From an uncultured bacterium (GTDB lineage Bacteria > UBA8248 > CAZNSX01), in the NCBI GenBank assembly GCA_964575845.1, contig CAZNSX010000004.1:1-64000 (forward strand): a DNA stretch of 64,000 nt, read 5' to 3'. Under the pieces are notes generated by a model that made no database searches, had not been told where the DNA came from, and saw nothing but the letters and a program-made list of their open reading frames with translations. Position 1 is the first letter of the stretch. The number at the start of each line of letters is the position of its first letter. Made by a program: the position numbers and the translations under genes. This document shows positions 9,497-19,141 of this stretch, piece after piece.

Positions 9497-11266
9497 ATGG
9501 AAGAAGGGGTGATCGTAAGGGTAACCGGTCCTGTGGTGATAGCCGAGGGCATGCCTGATGTCCGCATGTACGATGTTGTGCGCGTGGGCCGGGCGGGCCT
9601 GATAGGTGAGGTCATCGAGCTCCCCGGAGGGCGGGTGACAATTCAGGTCTATGAGGAAACAGGCGGCGTTGGCCCGGGAGAGCCTGTGGTGGGCACGGGC
9701 GCTCCTTTGAGCGTGGAGTTGGCCCCGGGTCTCGTCTCCTCCATCTATGACGGCATCCAGCGTCCCCTGGACATCATAAAGGATAAGGTCGGAGACTACA
9801 TCGTGAGGGGGGTGGAGGAGGACGGAATAAATAGGGACAAGAAGTGGGCCTTTGAGCCCAGAGCCAGAGAAGGAGATGAGGTCGAAGCGGGGGACATCCT
9901 CGGTGTGGTGCAGGAAACTCCCGTGGTGGAGCACCGGGTCCTCGTCCCGCCGGGCCTCAAGGGGAGGCTCACGGGGGTAAGCGCGGGTGAGTTTTCAGTT
10001 GAGGAAGTCATAGCTCGTCTAGAGGACTCTCAGGGGAAAGAGCACGAGCTCACCATGCTCCAGAGATGGCCCGTCAGGAGGGGAAGGCCCTTCTTGCGCA
10101 AGCTTCCCCTCAGGGAGCCCCTCTCCACCGGCCAGCGGGTCATCGATACCTTTTTCCCCATCGCCAAAGGGGGTGTGGCCTGCATTCCGGGCCCCTTCGG
10201 GAGTGGAAAGACGGTAGTGCAGCACCAGCTCTCAAAGTGGGCCGATGCGGAGATCATCGTTTTCATAGGCTGCGGGGAGCGGGGAAACGAGATGACCGAT
10301 GTGCTCATCGAATTCCCCCAGCTCACAGACCCTCGCACGGGAAAGCCCCTGATGCAGAGGACTGTCCTCATCGCCAACACCTCCAACATGCCCGTGGCCG
10401 CCCGGGAGGCCTCGGTATATACGGGGATAACCATCGCTGAGTACTTCAGGGATATGGGCTACAGTGTGGCCCTTATGGCTGACTCCACCTCCCGCTGGGC
10501 CGAAGCCATGCGGGAGATCTCAGGCCGCCTCGAGGAGATGCCGGGGGAGGAGGGCTACCCCGCCTATCTCGGAACCAGGATAGCCTCCTTTTATGAGCGC
10601 TCCGGCCGGGTCACCTGCCTGGGGAAGGAAGGCCGGGAGGGAAGCCTGAGCATAATAGGCGCGGTCTCACCGCCCGGGGGGGACCTCTCGGAGCCCGTGA
10701 CCCAGAATACCCTGCGCACGGTTCAGGTTTTCTGGGGCCTTGAGGATAGACTCGCCAATATGCGTCACTTCCCGGCAATAAACTGGCTTCTGAGCTACTC
10801 CCAGTATATTCCCCATATCACAGACTATCTCAGAGAGCGACTGGATGAGAATTTTCCCCTCTGGCGCACCCAGGCCATGGCGCTCCTCACCAAGGAGGCG
10901 GAGCTCGAGGAGATCGTCCGCCTTGTCGGCATAGATGCCCTCTCGCCCTCCGACCGTCTTGTGATGGAGACGGCCAAGTCTCTTCGCGAGGACTTCCTGC
11001 ACCAGAATGCCTTCCATGAGGAGGACACTTACACCTCCCTCCAGAAACAGGCCGGCATGCTCCAGCTCATCCTCAAGCTGCATGAGAGGGCGCAAGCCAT
11101 GCTGGACGAAGGGGCGTCCATAGATCAGGTGATTGACCTTCCCGTGAGAGCCCGAATCGCCCGAGCCAAGTATGTACCCGAGGAAGAGGCGGCCAAGGTC
11201 TTCACCGAGATAGCGCGGGAGATCGAGGAAGAGACGGTTCTTGCGGAGGTGAGAGAGGGCTCTTAG
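9497..11266 (+). CDS. atpA: A/V-type ATP synthase catalytic subunit A
   Basis: Walker A 'GPFGSGKTV', the '[11 protein letters not shown]' and '[18 protein letters not shown]' signatures, and the non-homologous insert region specific to A/V-type A subunits. Confidence 0.95.
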   Translation: MEEGVIVRVTGPVVIAEGMPDVRMYDVVRVGRAGLIGEVIELPGGRVTIQVYEETGGVGPGEPVVGTGAPLSVELAPGLVSSIYDGIQRPLDIIKDKVGDYIVRGVEEDGINRDKKWAFEPRAREGDEVEAGDILGVVQETPVVEHRVLVPPGLKGRLTGVSAGEFSVEEVIARLEDSQGKEHELTMLQRWPVRRGRPFLRKLPLREPLSTGQRVIDTFFPIAKGGVACIPGPFGSGKTVVQHQLSKWADAEIIVFIGCGERGNEMTDVLIEFPQLTDPRTGKPLMQRTVLIANTSNMPVAAREASVYTGITIAEYFRDMGYSVALMADSTSRWAEAMREISGRLEEMPGEEGYPAYLGTRIASFYERSGRVTCLGKEGREGSLSIIGAVSPPGGDLSEPVTQNTLRTVQVFWGLEDRLANMRHFPAINWLLSYSQYIPHITDYLRERLDENFPLWRTQAMALLTKEAELEEIVRLVGIDALSPSDRLVMETAKSLREDFLHQNAFHEEDTYTSLQKQAGMLQLILKLHERAQAMLDEGASIDQVIDLPVRARIARAKYVPEEEAAKVFTEIAREIEEETVLAEVREGS

Positions 11267-11364
11267 TCCGGTCCCTGGATTTCGGTTTATGTCGCTTCTC
11301 GGGGGGCTACCCTTGCCGGTCAGGCGGCCATATCACTTCCCATGCCTGACTACGTCCTGACTCT

Positions 11365-12264
11365 TCAGTGTTTCGTTCTGGCCTCAAAGCCCGCCATGCG
11401 TTCAATCACCTGGATGATGGAGGCATGGTCTTGCTCCCCCCCTCCGGCCACCCTCACGGCCTCGAAGAGCTCCCGGACGGCCGCAGTGATGGGAAGCGGC
11501 ACGCCAAGCTTCCGGGCTGCCGAGAGGGCATAATCGAAGTCCTTTATGTGGGTCTCCACCTTCCCTCCCGGGGCGAAGTCTCCCCGGATTATCTTGGGAG
11601 CTTTAATCTCGAGGCAGCCGCAACGGGCTAGCCCCGCGCCCATTGCCTCCACCAAGAGGGCCGGGTCCACGCCGGCCTTTGCACCGAACACGATAGCCTC
11701 CGCCATTCCCTCGAGGGTTATTCCAACCAGGATCTGGTTGGCCAGCTTGGTGTAGCCACCCGCTCCCACCTTGCCTCCGGCATGGACAACCTTGCGCCCC
11801 ATGCACTCGAGGATGGGAAGGCATCTCTCAAAGAGGCTCTTTTCACCGCCCACCATGATGGAAAGGGTCCCCCCTCTCGCCCCTTCGGGAGCTCCACTCA
11901 CAGGAGCATCCAGCATGCCCACCCCTTTCTTCAGGAGGACTTCCGCAGTGCGGGCTGACACCTCAGGATGGTTGGAGGTCATGTCAATGAGAACGTTCCC
12001 CTCGCTCACCCCCTGAGCCACGCCCCCCTCCCCCATGACGGCCCTCTCCACAGCCTGGGCGTCGGGAAGCATGGTGATTATGACCTCGCTCTTCTCCGCC
12101 ACTTCCCCGCAGGAGCGGCATGGGGTGGCTCCCAGACGGGAGAACTTTTCGACGGGCTCCCTGCGGATGTCATAGACCGAGAGACGATAGCCCACCTCTT
12201 TGAGGCGCAGGGCCATGGGTTCTCCCATAAGGCCCAATCCTATGAATCCTATGCGCTCTTCCAT
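11365..12264 (-). CDS. NAD(P)-dependent oxidoreductase, 3-hydroxyisobutyrate dehydrogenase/2-hydroxy-3-oxopropionate reductase family
   Basis: 'IGFIGLGLMGEPMALRL' Rossmann motif and the conserved 'DAPVSGAPEGARGGTLSIMVGG' catalytic region of the HIBADH/GarR family. Confidence 0.85.
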   Translation of the reverse strand: MEERIGFIGLGLMGEPMALRLKEVGYRLSVYDIRREPVEKFSRLGATPCRSCGEVAEKSEVIITMLPDAQAVERAVMGEGGVAQGVSEGNVLIDMTSNHPEVSARTAEVLLKKGVGMLDAPVSGAPEGARGGTLSIMVGGEKSLFERCLPILECMGRKVVHAGGKVGAGGYTKLANQILVGITLEGMAEAIVFGAKAGVDPALLVEAMGAGLARCGCLEIKAPKIIRGDFAPGGKVETHIKDFDYALSAARKLGVPLPITAAVRELFEAVRVAGGGEQDHASIIQVIERMAGFEARTKH

Positions 12265-12511
12265 GGCATTCTCCTCGACCCCTAAAGATGATAGAGTGAC
12301 CCCCTCCCGGCCCCTCCTAATTTAAGGAGGAGGGTTCCCGGGATCAAGGGCAAAGGGAGCACAGGGGGTGCATGCTATAATGCCTGAGGCTGGCGACAGT
12401 TAATCAAAAGGGAGCCAGGGGCTTTCTTGCGGTGAGTCGTCGGAGGGCGCATGCATGGATGCGCTTCTGCGGGCCCGGCTGTAACTTCCTCGAAAGCTAT
12501 GGAGAGCGAAG

Positions 12512-13054
12512 ATGGAGGCCCTTATCCGAGAGCTGCTCTTGAAAGTAGGCGAAGACCCCTCAAGACCCGGCCTCGAGAAGACGCCGGGGCGTACGGCCGA
12601 AGCCATAGAGTTCTTAACCAGCGGCTACAAGCAAGACCCCCGCCGGATTCTCACCGAGGGTATCTTCGAAGGGAGCCACGACCAGGTCGTGCTGGTGAAG
12701 AATATCGACCTCTTCAGCCTCTGCGAGCACCACCTCCTCCCTTTTTTCGGCAAGTGCCACGTCGGCTACATCCCGAATGGCAAGCTCGTGGGCCTCAGCA
12801 AAATAGTGAGAGTCGTGGAAGCCTATTCCCGCCGCCTCCAGGTGCAGGAGCGGCTCACCGACCAGATTGCCCGAACCCTTGAAGAGCTGCTTAAGCCCCA
12901 GGCCGTGGGCGTGCTCGTCCAGGCCCAGCACCTTTGCATGATGATGCGGGGCGTCGAGAAGGAGAATTCCCTGGCCGTAACGAGCTGCATGCTGGGGAAG
13001 TTCAGAGAGGCGCCCTCCGCCCGGGGGGAGTTCTTGAGCCTCATAAGAAGCTAG
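12512..13054 (+). CDS. folE: GTP cyclohydrolase I
   Basis: Canonical FolE motifs '[22 protein letters not shown]' and '[11 protein letters not shown]'. Confidence 0.9.
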   Translation: MEALIRELLLKVGEDPSRPGLEKTPGRTAEAIEFLTSGYKQDPRRILTEGIFEGSHDQVVLVKNIDLFSLCEHHLLPFFGKCHVGYIPNGKLVGLSKIVRVVEAYSRRLQVQERLTDQIARTLEELLKPQAVGVLVQAQHLCMMMRGVEKENSLAVTSCMLGKFREAPSARGEFLSLIRS

Positions 13055-13179
13055 CCGCTGAGCTCCTCCACACAACTGCCTCTGTTGTCCGAGTCCCCTT
13101 CCGCCACGGCGGATGCCGCCCTTGCCGCCCCACGGCGGTCCCCCGGAAGGGGTGGCGGAGGAAATCATTATCATGCGCT

Positions 13180-14106
13180 ATGGAAGCGAACTCCAAGGGC
13201 ATGTTTCTTGCAATTTTAGCTTCCAGCCTGTACCTGACATTTTTCCGTCAATTAATTGACTACGGCTTCCTTACAAGAGGAAACCTCATGACCACGCTCT
13301 TGGGCATCACAGCAGGAACCTTCCTCCTTTTCTACGCGATATTCACACAGGGAGGGATCGAGGTGTTCATCAGCGCCCCCGCCCTGATGATCACCTGCGG
13401 CGGGACCCTTGCCTCCACCTTCATCAGCTTCCCGCTTCCTCGTGTCTTCAGGGTGTTTACCATCCTGAAGAACATTTTCCGCAAAGAGCTGGGAGACCCT
13501 TCAGCCCAGATAGCCCTACTCGTACGCCTGGCCAGCAAGGCCCGAAAGGAATCCATCCTGAGTCTCCAGAGCGAGCTTCAACGTCTGGGTAACCGCTTCC
13601 TGCGGGTGGGAATCGAGCTCGTCGTGGATGGGCATCACCCGCAGATGGTGCGGGACGTGCTCGAAACTGAGCTCGATAGCCTCATCACGCGCCATGAGGA
13701 GGGAGCCTACATATTCCGGATCATGGCGCGCTTTGCCCCGGCTTTCGGCCTCATAGGCACCCTCATAGGACTCATCGCCATGCTCCGCGGCATCGGAGGC
13801 CTGGGCGGAGGCCTGCAGAGCCTGGGCCCGGCCATGGCCGTTGCCCTGGTGACCACCTTTTACGGCGCTCTCATGGCAAACCTACTTTTCCTTCCGATAG
13901 CCGAGAAGCTCACCTCTCGCTCCGAGACCGAAGTTCTTCAGATCCGCATCATCATCGAAGGGGTCCTCTTGATTCAGGAGGGGGTGAACCCCCTCATCCT
14001 CCAGCAAAAGCTGAACGCCTTCCTCTCGCCAGAGCTCCGCGCCCAGCACTATGAACGTCTCATCCGCTCCCAGAAGGTAGCCCCTTCTGGCACTCTGGCC
14101 ACCTAG
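13180..14106 (+). CDS. motA: Flagellar motor stator protein MotA (MotA/TolQ/ExbB proton channel family)
   Basis: Four TM helices with the conserved C-terminal 'FGLIGTLIGLIAMLRGIG ... ALVTTFYGALMANLLFLPIAEKL' channel region. Immediately followed by an OmpA-domain MotB. Confidence 0.85.
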   Translation: MEANSKGMFLAILASSLYLTFFRQLIDYGFLTRGNLMTTLLGITAGTFLLFYAIFTQGGIEVFISAPALMITCGGTLASTFISFPLPRVFRVFTILKNIFRKELGDPSAQIALLVRLASKARKESILSLQSELQRLGNRFLRVGIELVVDGHHPQMVRDVLETELDSLITRHEEGAYIFRIMARFAPAFGLIGTLIGLIAMLRGIGGLGGGLQSLGPAMAVALVTTFYGALMANLLFLPIAEKLTSRSETEVLQIRIIIEGVLLIQEGVNPLILQQKLNAFLSPELRAQHYERLIRSQKVAPSGTLAT

Positions 14107-14120
14107 AGCGAGAGCCTCTC

Positions 14121-14822
14121 ATGCACCAAATCAGGACCCGCTACCGAGGAAGGGATAAGCGCCTTTTCGGTGACAGCGAAGAGTGGCTGATTACTTACAG
14201 CGACCTCGTCACCCTCATCCTCGTCTTCTTCCTCCTTCTCATAGGCTTCTCCACCGTGGACTACAAACGATATTCCAAGGCAATGGAGAGCATAAAGAAG
14301 GCTCTGGGGGGGAAAATAGAACAAGAGATAATAGAAGGGCTTGAGAAGGCCGGCCCCGGGGAGGTGGAGCTCAAGAAGCTTCACCGGCAGGTGGAAGCCC
14401 TCATCAAATCAGAGGACCTCAGCGAGACAATGGCCGTGGAGTTGAACGAAAGGGGGCTTGCCATCACGTCCCAGGGAAGCCTCTTCTTCCGCTCCGCCTC
14501 AGCCGAGCTGCTTCCCGGCCCTCAGGCCTTTCTCGTGAGGGTCGCCGACCTCATCCGCAGCCTACCCTTCAGGGTGGAGGTCGAGGGCCATACCGACGAC
14601 GTCCCGATAAGAACGGAGCACTTTCCCTCGAACTGGGAGCTCTCGGCCTCACGGGCGGCGGCCGTAACCCGCTTCCTCATAACACAGGGAGGGGTCTCAG
14701 CGGAGCGCTTCTCCGCCGTGGGCTATGCCCAATACCGGCCCCGCTTCGAGCCAACGCCGGAAAACAGGCCCAAGAATCGCAGGGTGGAGATCCTCATAAC
14801 CCGCGAAGGGGCGAGATACTAG
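14121..14822 (+). CDS. motB: Flagellar motor protein MotB (OmpA-like peptidoglycan-binding)
   Basis: N-terminal 'WLITYSDLVTLILVFFLLL' TM/plug region and C-terminal OmpA-like domain ('VEGHTDDVPI...NWELSASRAAAVTRFL...AVGYAQYRP'). Confidence 0.85.
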   Translation: MHQIRTRYRGRDKRLFGDSEEWLITYSDLVTLILVFFLLLIGFSTVDYKRYSKAMESIKKALGGKIEQEIIEGLEKAGPGEVELKKLHRQVEALIKSEDLSETMAVELNERGLAITSQGSLFFRSASAELLPGPQAFLVRVADLIRSLPFRVEVEGHTDDVPIRTEHFPSNWELSASRAAAVTRFLITQGGVSAERFSAVGYAQYRPRFEPTPENRPKNRRVEILITREGARY

Positions 14823-14905
14823 GAGCATGGTTGGGGGCACGGGTTTTCCATGCCCTTTGGTGTAGGCCACTTTTTTGAACCTGGACATTTAGAAAGGGAA
14901 GAACC

Positions 14906-15529
14906 ATGTTCGAGGAACCAGAAGACGTAGGGAGCCTCGGAGAGAATAAGCGCGAGTACGCGAGAACGGAGGAAGAGTTCGCAATAGAATATACCCCCCT
15001 GAGTAAGGAGGAGTACGCGCGACTCTCCCCCGATTATGACCGCTGGAGGACATCCGAGCGGGGTGAAAGCCCGATGAATCCCGAGAGCTTCTTGGAGGCT
15101 CTTCGCGCCAAGGGCGGAGGGCCGCAAGAGCTGGAACTCTTAAGGCAGGTGGCGAGGATGTTCAGCCTCGTAGAGCGGAAGCTCGACCAGCTCCTCAGGC
15201 TCGTGGATAAGAGGACTTCCTCGGGGGAGATGGAAAGCGGCACCTGCCGGGATCTCAGCGGCTCGGGCATGCGCTTCTCATGCCAGTGGCCTCTCACCAA
15301 GGGATGGCTCCTCAGGGTGGTTGTCCCCCTCCCGCCCCTGCATCCAGTCACGGTCTCGGCTCTGGCCGAGGTCGTTGAGTCGAGGCCCTCCGCTGCGGCT
15401 TCAAGCACCGAGCCCTACGATGTCGCCGTCCGGTTCACTAACATTCACGAGCAGGACCGGGAGGAGATAATCGCCTACAACTTCAAGCGACAGCGGGAGC
15501 TGGCCCGCCAGAGGAGCGCTCCCGCCTAG
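14906..15529 (+). CDS. PilZ-like domain protein (candidate YcgR-type c-di-GMP effector next to motAB)
   Basis: Clear 'DLSGSGMRF' (DxSxxG) PilZ motif. The upstream RxxxR motif is degenerate ('RLVDKR'). Sits immediately downstream of motAB. Confidence 0.5.
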   Translation: MFEEPEDVGSLGENKREYARTEEEFAIEYTPLSKEEYARLSPDYDRWRTSERGESPMNPESFLEALRAKGGGPQELELLRQVARMFSLVERKLDQLLRLVDKRTSSGEMESGTCRDLSGSGMRFSCQWPLTKGWLLRVVVPLPPLHPVTVSALAEVVESRPSAAASSTEPYDVAVRFTNIHEQDREEIIAYNFKRQRELARQRSAPA

Positions 15530-16113
15530 AACTCCGTCACCTCTCCGCCGGCTATCCTGCGACGCTCCCTGGTGTTGATGTCCAGGGTGTAGCCGGGCTC
15601 TATCACCGCCTCCCTGGAATAGCCCCTATCCTCCCAGAAGCCCCCTTCCATGCGATGTGTGAAATTGACTTTCGCGAGCCCCTTGACGCTCTTGTAGCCC
15701 CAGAGGTGGGGGACGATGAGCCTCAAGGGCCCGCCGTACTCGGGCTCGAGGGGCTCCCCTCCCACACCCCAGCAAAGGAGCACCCGCGGGCTCTCAAGGT
15801 CCTTGAGGGAGATGGCGGTGGAGTAGCCGCCGAAGCTCGAGAAGGATGCGTGCGTGGCCCTCGGCAGAAGCTCCAGCTCCTTGAGAAAATCGCCGAAAAG
15901 AACCCCCTCCCACGCGGCCCTCACCGACCAGCCGCTCACAGAAGTCAGCCGGGCATCGACGGTGGAGTTGGGAAGGGCCTTGAGCTCCGCAAAGGTAAAG
16001 ACCCTCTTCTCCCTCACCAATCCCTCCACTCGGAGGGAGTAGCTCTCCACCGCCGGCGCGCCCTTGCCCTCCGCATAGAATATGGGGGCGCCCAACTCTT
16101 TTAAGATGCTCAT
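15526..16113 (-). CDS. Molybdopterin-binding oxidoreductase, sulfite oxidase/MsrP(YedY)-like catalytic domain
   Basis: 'RLTSVSGWSVRAAWEGVLFGDFL', 'GGPLRLIVPHLWGYKSVKGL' and 'GFWEDRGY' are conserved in the Oxidored_molyb domain of MsrP/YedY-type enzymes. Confidence 0.7.
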   Translation of the reverse strand: MSILKELGAPIFYAEGKGAPAVESYSLRVEGLVREKRVFTFAELKALPNSTVDARLTSVSGWSVRAAWEGVLFGDFLKELELLPRATHASFSSFGGYSTAISLKDLESPRVLLCWGVGGEPLEPEYGGPLRLIVPHLWGYKSVKGLAKVNFTHRMEGGFWEDRGYSREAVIEPGYTLDINTRERRRIAGGEVTEF

Positions 16114-16211
16114 AGCCTATCCCCCTCTTATTGAACCTTATTGAAGCAAGTCTTTGATGTTACTAACAGTTTTTACTGTAAATTATTGCCTCTGCTCCCC
16201 TGGTCTTGCAG

Positions 16212-16240
16212 AAAAATTAAGGGCCGGGGTTTCCCGGCCC
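16212..16240 (-). terminator. Rho-independent terminator downstream of tRNA-Ser(GCT)
   Basis: On the minus strand, an 8-bp GC stem (GGGCCGGG / CCCGGCCC, loop AAAC) followed by a UUAAUUUUU tract. Confidence 0.6.
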
Positions 16241-16250
16241 TTTGGGTTTC

Positions 16251-16343
16251 TGGCGGAGAGAGAGGGATTCGAACCCTCGAGGGCTGTCTCCAACCCCACA
16301 CGCTTAGCAGGCGTGCGCCTTAAGCCAGCTCGGCCATCTCTCC
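16251..16343 (-). tRNA. tRNA-Ser (anticodon GCU)
   Basis: Minus-strand 93-nt sequence GGAGAGATGGCCGAG...CGCCTGCTAAGCG...GGTTCGAATCCCTCTCTCTCCGCCA. It has a 7-bp acceptor stem, a long variable arm, a T-loop TTCGAAT and an encoded CCA; the anticodon loop CTGCTAA gives GCT. Confidence 0.85.
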
Positions 16344-16368
16344 GCCGGCTTCCGAAGAAATCTATCTC

Positions 16369-16454
16369 TGGCGGAGGGAGAGGGATTCGAACCCCCGGAA
16401 CTTTCGTTCAGCGGTTTTCAAGACCGCCGCCTTAAACCACTCGGCCATCCCTCC
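16369..16454 (-). tRNA. tRNA-Ser (anticodon UGA)
   Basis: Minus-strand GGAGGGATGGCCGAGTGG...GGTCTTGAAAACC...GGTTCGAATCCCTCTCCCTCCGCCA, with a long variable arm. The anticodon TGA reads UCA (Ser), so this is not tRNA-Sec. Confidence 0.85.
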
Positions 16455-16645
16455 TCGAAAATTCCATGAAAATTATAGCAGAATGATAAATGCGCCTCAA
16501 GCCCGCACGGGCGACGGGTGCAAGTCCGGGGAATCAGGCCGCCGAAATTCCCAACCGGCTTCCTCACGGGTTTGCTGTTGACAGGGGCGGGCATTTCTTC
16601 TAAGCTTAAGCCATCTCATTTCCCCCGCCCCAAGAGTCTTTCGCC

Positions 16646-17404
16646 GTGGCTGAAGAGGAACTCTTCCACAAAGAAACTCCCTACGAGGTCAAGCTTGAGG
16701 TCTTTGAAGGCCCTCTGGAGCTCTTGCTGCACCTCGTCAAAGAGAACGAGATAGATATATTCGATATCCCGATCGCGCAGATCACCGACCAGTACCTTCG
16801 CTACCTCGACCTCATGCGCTCCCTCAACATAGACGTGGCGGGGAGCTACCTCCTCATGGCGTCAACCCTGGTTTACCTCAAGAGCAGGTCTCTCCTTCCC
16901 CAGACCGAAGAGGAGGAGAAGGAGTTCGAGGAGGAGGTGAGGGAGAATCTGGTGGAGCCTCTGCTGGAGTACCGCCGGATGAAGGAGCTCTCCCTCAAGC
17001 TCAGGGAGGCTGAGGGGGAGAGGCTTCACATTTTCACGAGGGGCACCAACGGGGACGGCTTTCTCCCCGGAGACGTCGAGTTTCCCCTTGAGGTGAACCT
17101 ATTTGAGCTCATCCGGGCATTTGAGAAAGTCCTGAGGGAGAGGGGCTTTCCTGACCTCCACCAGGTGGAGGTGGATGAGCTTGAGGTAGCCGATAGGCAG
17201 GGCTTTATCCTCGAGCGCCTCGGTGAGCAGGATGGTCTCTCCCTTGAGGAGCTTTTCACAGAGGTCGTCCGGACCCTCGAGCTTGTGGTCACCTTCCTGG
17301 CGCTTCTTGAGCTAATAAAGAGGCGTCTTGTCCTTGTGCAGCAGCCAAACCCATTCGGATGCATTCGACTTTTCAGGGCGGAAAAGCATGGAACAAGAAG
17401 ATAG
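16646..17404 (+). CDS. scpA: Segregation and condensation protein A
   Basis: 'FEGPLELLLHLVKENEIDIFDIPIAQITDQYLRYL' is the conserved ScpA N-terminal motif. Followed by scpB. GTG start. Confidence 0.85.
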   Translation: MAEEELFHKETPYEVKLEVFEGPLELLLHLVKENEIDIFDIPIAQITDQYLRYLDLMRSLNIDVAGSYLLMASTLVYLKSRSLLPQTEEEEKEFEEEVRENLVEPLLEYRRMKELSLKLREAEGERLHIFTRGTNGDGFLPGDVEFPLEVNLFELIRAFEKVLRERGFPDLHQVEVDELEVADRQGFILERLGEQDGLSLEELFTEVVRTLELVVTFLALLELIKRRLVLVQQPNPFGCIRLFRAEKHGTRR

Positions 17405-18035
17405 GCACGAGGCCCTTGAGCTTCCCCCTCCCGGGGATAACGGGCGACCCGCCCCTTATCTTGACCGGGGGAGGGTCAAGGCGGTCATCGAGACTGTCCT
17501 CTTCCTGGCCCACGAACCCGTGACGGTGCGCGAGCTCTCGGCCGTGGTTTTTCGGGGAGAAAGCGGGGCCGGCGCCCCGCTCATCCGGGAACTCCTCTCG
17601 GAGCTCGTGGAAGAGTACCGGGGAAGGGCACTCCAGCTGGAGGAGGTGGCCGAAGGGTATCGGCTCTTTTCAAGGCCTGAGTATTCTTTCTGGGTGAGGC
17701 GCTATCTCAGGAGAGAGCGCAGGCCCCGCCTCTCTCAGGCGGCTCTCGAGACGCTCGCAATCATTGCCTATAAGCAACCGATAACGCGCCCCGAGATAGA
17801 GGCCCTGCGGGGTGTGGATGTCAGCGGGGTGCTCAAGACCCTCCTTGAGCGGGAGCTCATCCGGCCCATTGGGCGGCGCAACGTGGTGGGAAGGCCCCTG
17901 GTTTACGGAACCACGAGAGGCTTCCTGGAGCACTTCGGATTGAGGAGCCTCTCGGACCTCCCGAAGCCCGAGGAACTCTCACTTCAAAGTCCCGGGCCGG
18001 GGGCCCTTTCTCTTGAAGAGCTTAGCGGGCCTTGA
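17388..18035 (+). CDS. scpB: Segregation and condensation protein B
   Basis: Winged-helix ScpB motifs ('AVIETVLFLAHEPVTVRELSAV', 'LETLAIIAYKQPITRPEIEALRGVDVSGVLKTLLERELI'). Start placed at the internal ATG (MEQEDRHE) overlapping the scpA end. Confidence 0.85.
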   Translation: MEQEDRHEALELPPPGDNGRPAPYLDRGRVKAVIETVLFLAHEPVTVRELSAVVFRGESGAGAPLIRELLSELVEEYRGRALQLEEVAEGYRLFSRPEYSFWVRRYLRRERRPRLSQAALETLAIIAYKQPITRPEIEALRGVDVSGVLKTLLERELIRPIGRRNVVGRPLVYGTTRGFLEHFGLRSLSDLPKPEELSLQSPGPGALSLEELSGP

Positions 18036-18259
18036 AGGCCCACCCCTTTGAGCGAGCCCCATCAATAGCTTCCTCCTCGCCGCGAGAGTGTGGTAAAAAA
18101 TCCAATGCCCTTCCATTACAGGGTAAGAGCGCGGCGGGAAAGGGCGAGCACCGAAGTGCTACGAGAGAGGCGGGAGTCCCTTCCGGCGGGTCTCGTCTTT
18201 TGCCGACCGGCGGAAAATTTCTCTTTTTGAGGAGGCTTCCCCCCTGAGGAAGAGCCGAG

Positions 18260-18997
18260 ATGGAGCTTCGCCTCCAGAGCATCCTGGCCCAGGCGGGCAT
18301 AGCATCTCGCCGTAAGGCGGAGGAGCTCATCCGGGAGGGCAGGGTACAGGTCAACGGCAGCGTGGTCACCGCACTCGGCACCAAGGCCGACCCAGACCGC
18401 GACTTCATAAAGGTGGACGGGAAGTCGCTTCGGCGGCCTGGAGTCAAGGCCTACTTCCTCCTCCATAAGCCACCGGGCTATCTCTGCTCCCTCAAGGATG
18501 AGAAAGGGAAGAAGAGGCCCCTTGTGACGGGCCTCCTTCGCAAAGGAACCCTTCGGCTCTTTCCCGTGGGAAGGCTTGATTTTGATGCCGAGGGGGCCCT
18601 TCTCCTCACTAACGATGGAGAGCTGGCTCACCGCCTCACTCACCCCCGCTTCGGGGTCCCTAAGACTTACGAGGTTAAGGTGAGGGGGGTTCCCGGAGAG
18701 GAGGCCATAGAGCGCCTCAGGAGCGGGGCCTGGGCCAAGGGGAAGGAGAGGGGAGCACCCACACCCGCCAGGGCAAGGCTCCTCAAGGTCTCTAAGAAAA
18801 ACTCATGGCTTCTTATCACGCTCACAGAAGGAAAAACACACCAGGTGAAAAGGATGTGTGAGGCCATAGGCCACCCGGCTCTCAGGCTTAGGAGAACCCG
18901 CTTTGGCCACTTGGGCGTTAAGGGGCTCTCCCCGGGAACCTACCGCTCTCTTACCCCGGAGGAGGTCAGAAGAGTCAAGGCTCTTGTGGGCCTTTGA
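18260..18997 (+). CDS. rluB: Pseudouridine synthase (RluB/RsuA family) with N-terminal S4 domain
   Basis: S4 motif 'LQSILAQAGIASRRKAEELIREGRVQVNG' and the catalytic 'FPVGRLDFDAEGALLLTNDGELAHRLTHP' with the conserved Asp. Conserved scpA-scpB-rluB gene order. Confidence 0.85.
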   Translation: MELRLQSILAQAGIASRRKAEELIREGRVQVNGSVVTALGTKADPDRDFIKVDGKSLRRPGVKAYFLLHKPPGYLCSLKDEKGKKRPLVTGLLRKGTLRLFPVGRLDFDAEGALLLTNDGELAHRLTHPRFGVPKTYEVKVRGVPGEEAIERLRSGAWAKGKERGAPTPARARLLKVSKKNSWLLITLTEGKTHQVKRMCEAIGHPALRLRRTRFGHLGVKGLSPGTYRSLTPEEVRRVKALVGL

Positions 18998-19141
18998 GGC
19001 TGGAGCTTATTAGAGCTTTTCGGAAGTCTTACTTCGTGATAGTATTTTTATAGGAATTATCTTTTCTCTAAGATAGGGATTCCTTTTGGTTCCACCTTTA
19101 GCCCTTATTTTTCAATTTGTTTCCAGGTCGGGTTTTTCGGA

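Noticed and set aside
16369-16454. Possibility that the second long-arm tRNA is tRNA-Sec (given the nearby selenoproteins)
   Set aside because: The anticodon is UGA (reads UCA = Ser), not UCA. The acceptor stem is 7 bp rather than the 8 bp typical of bacterial tRNA-Sec.
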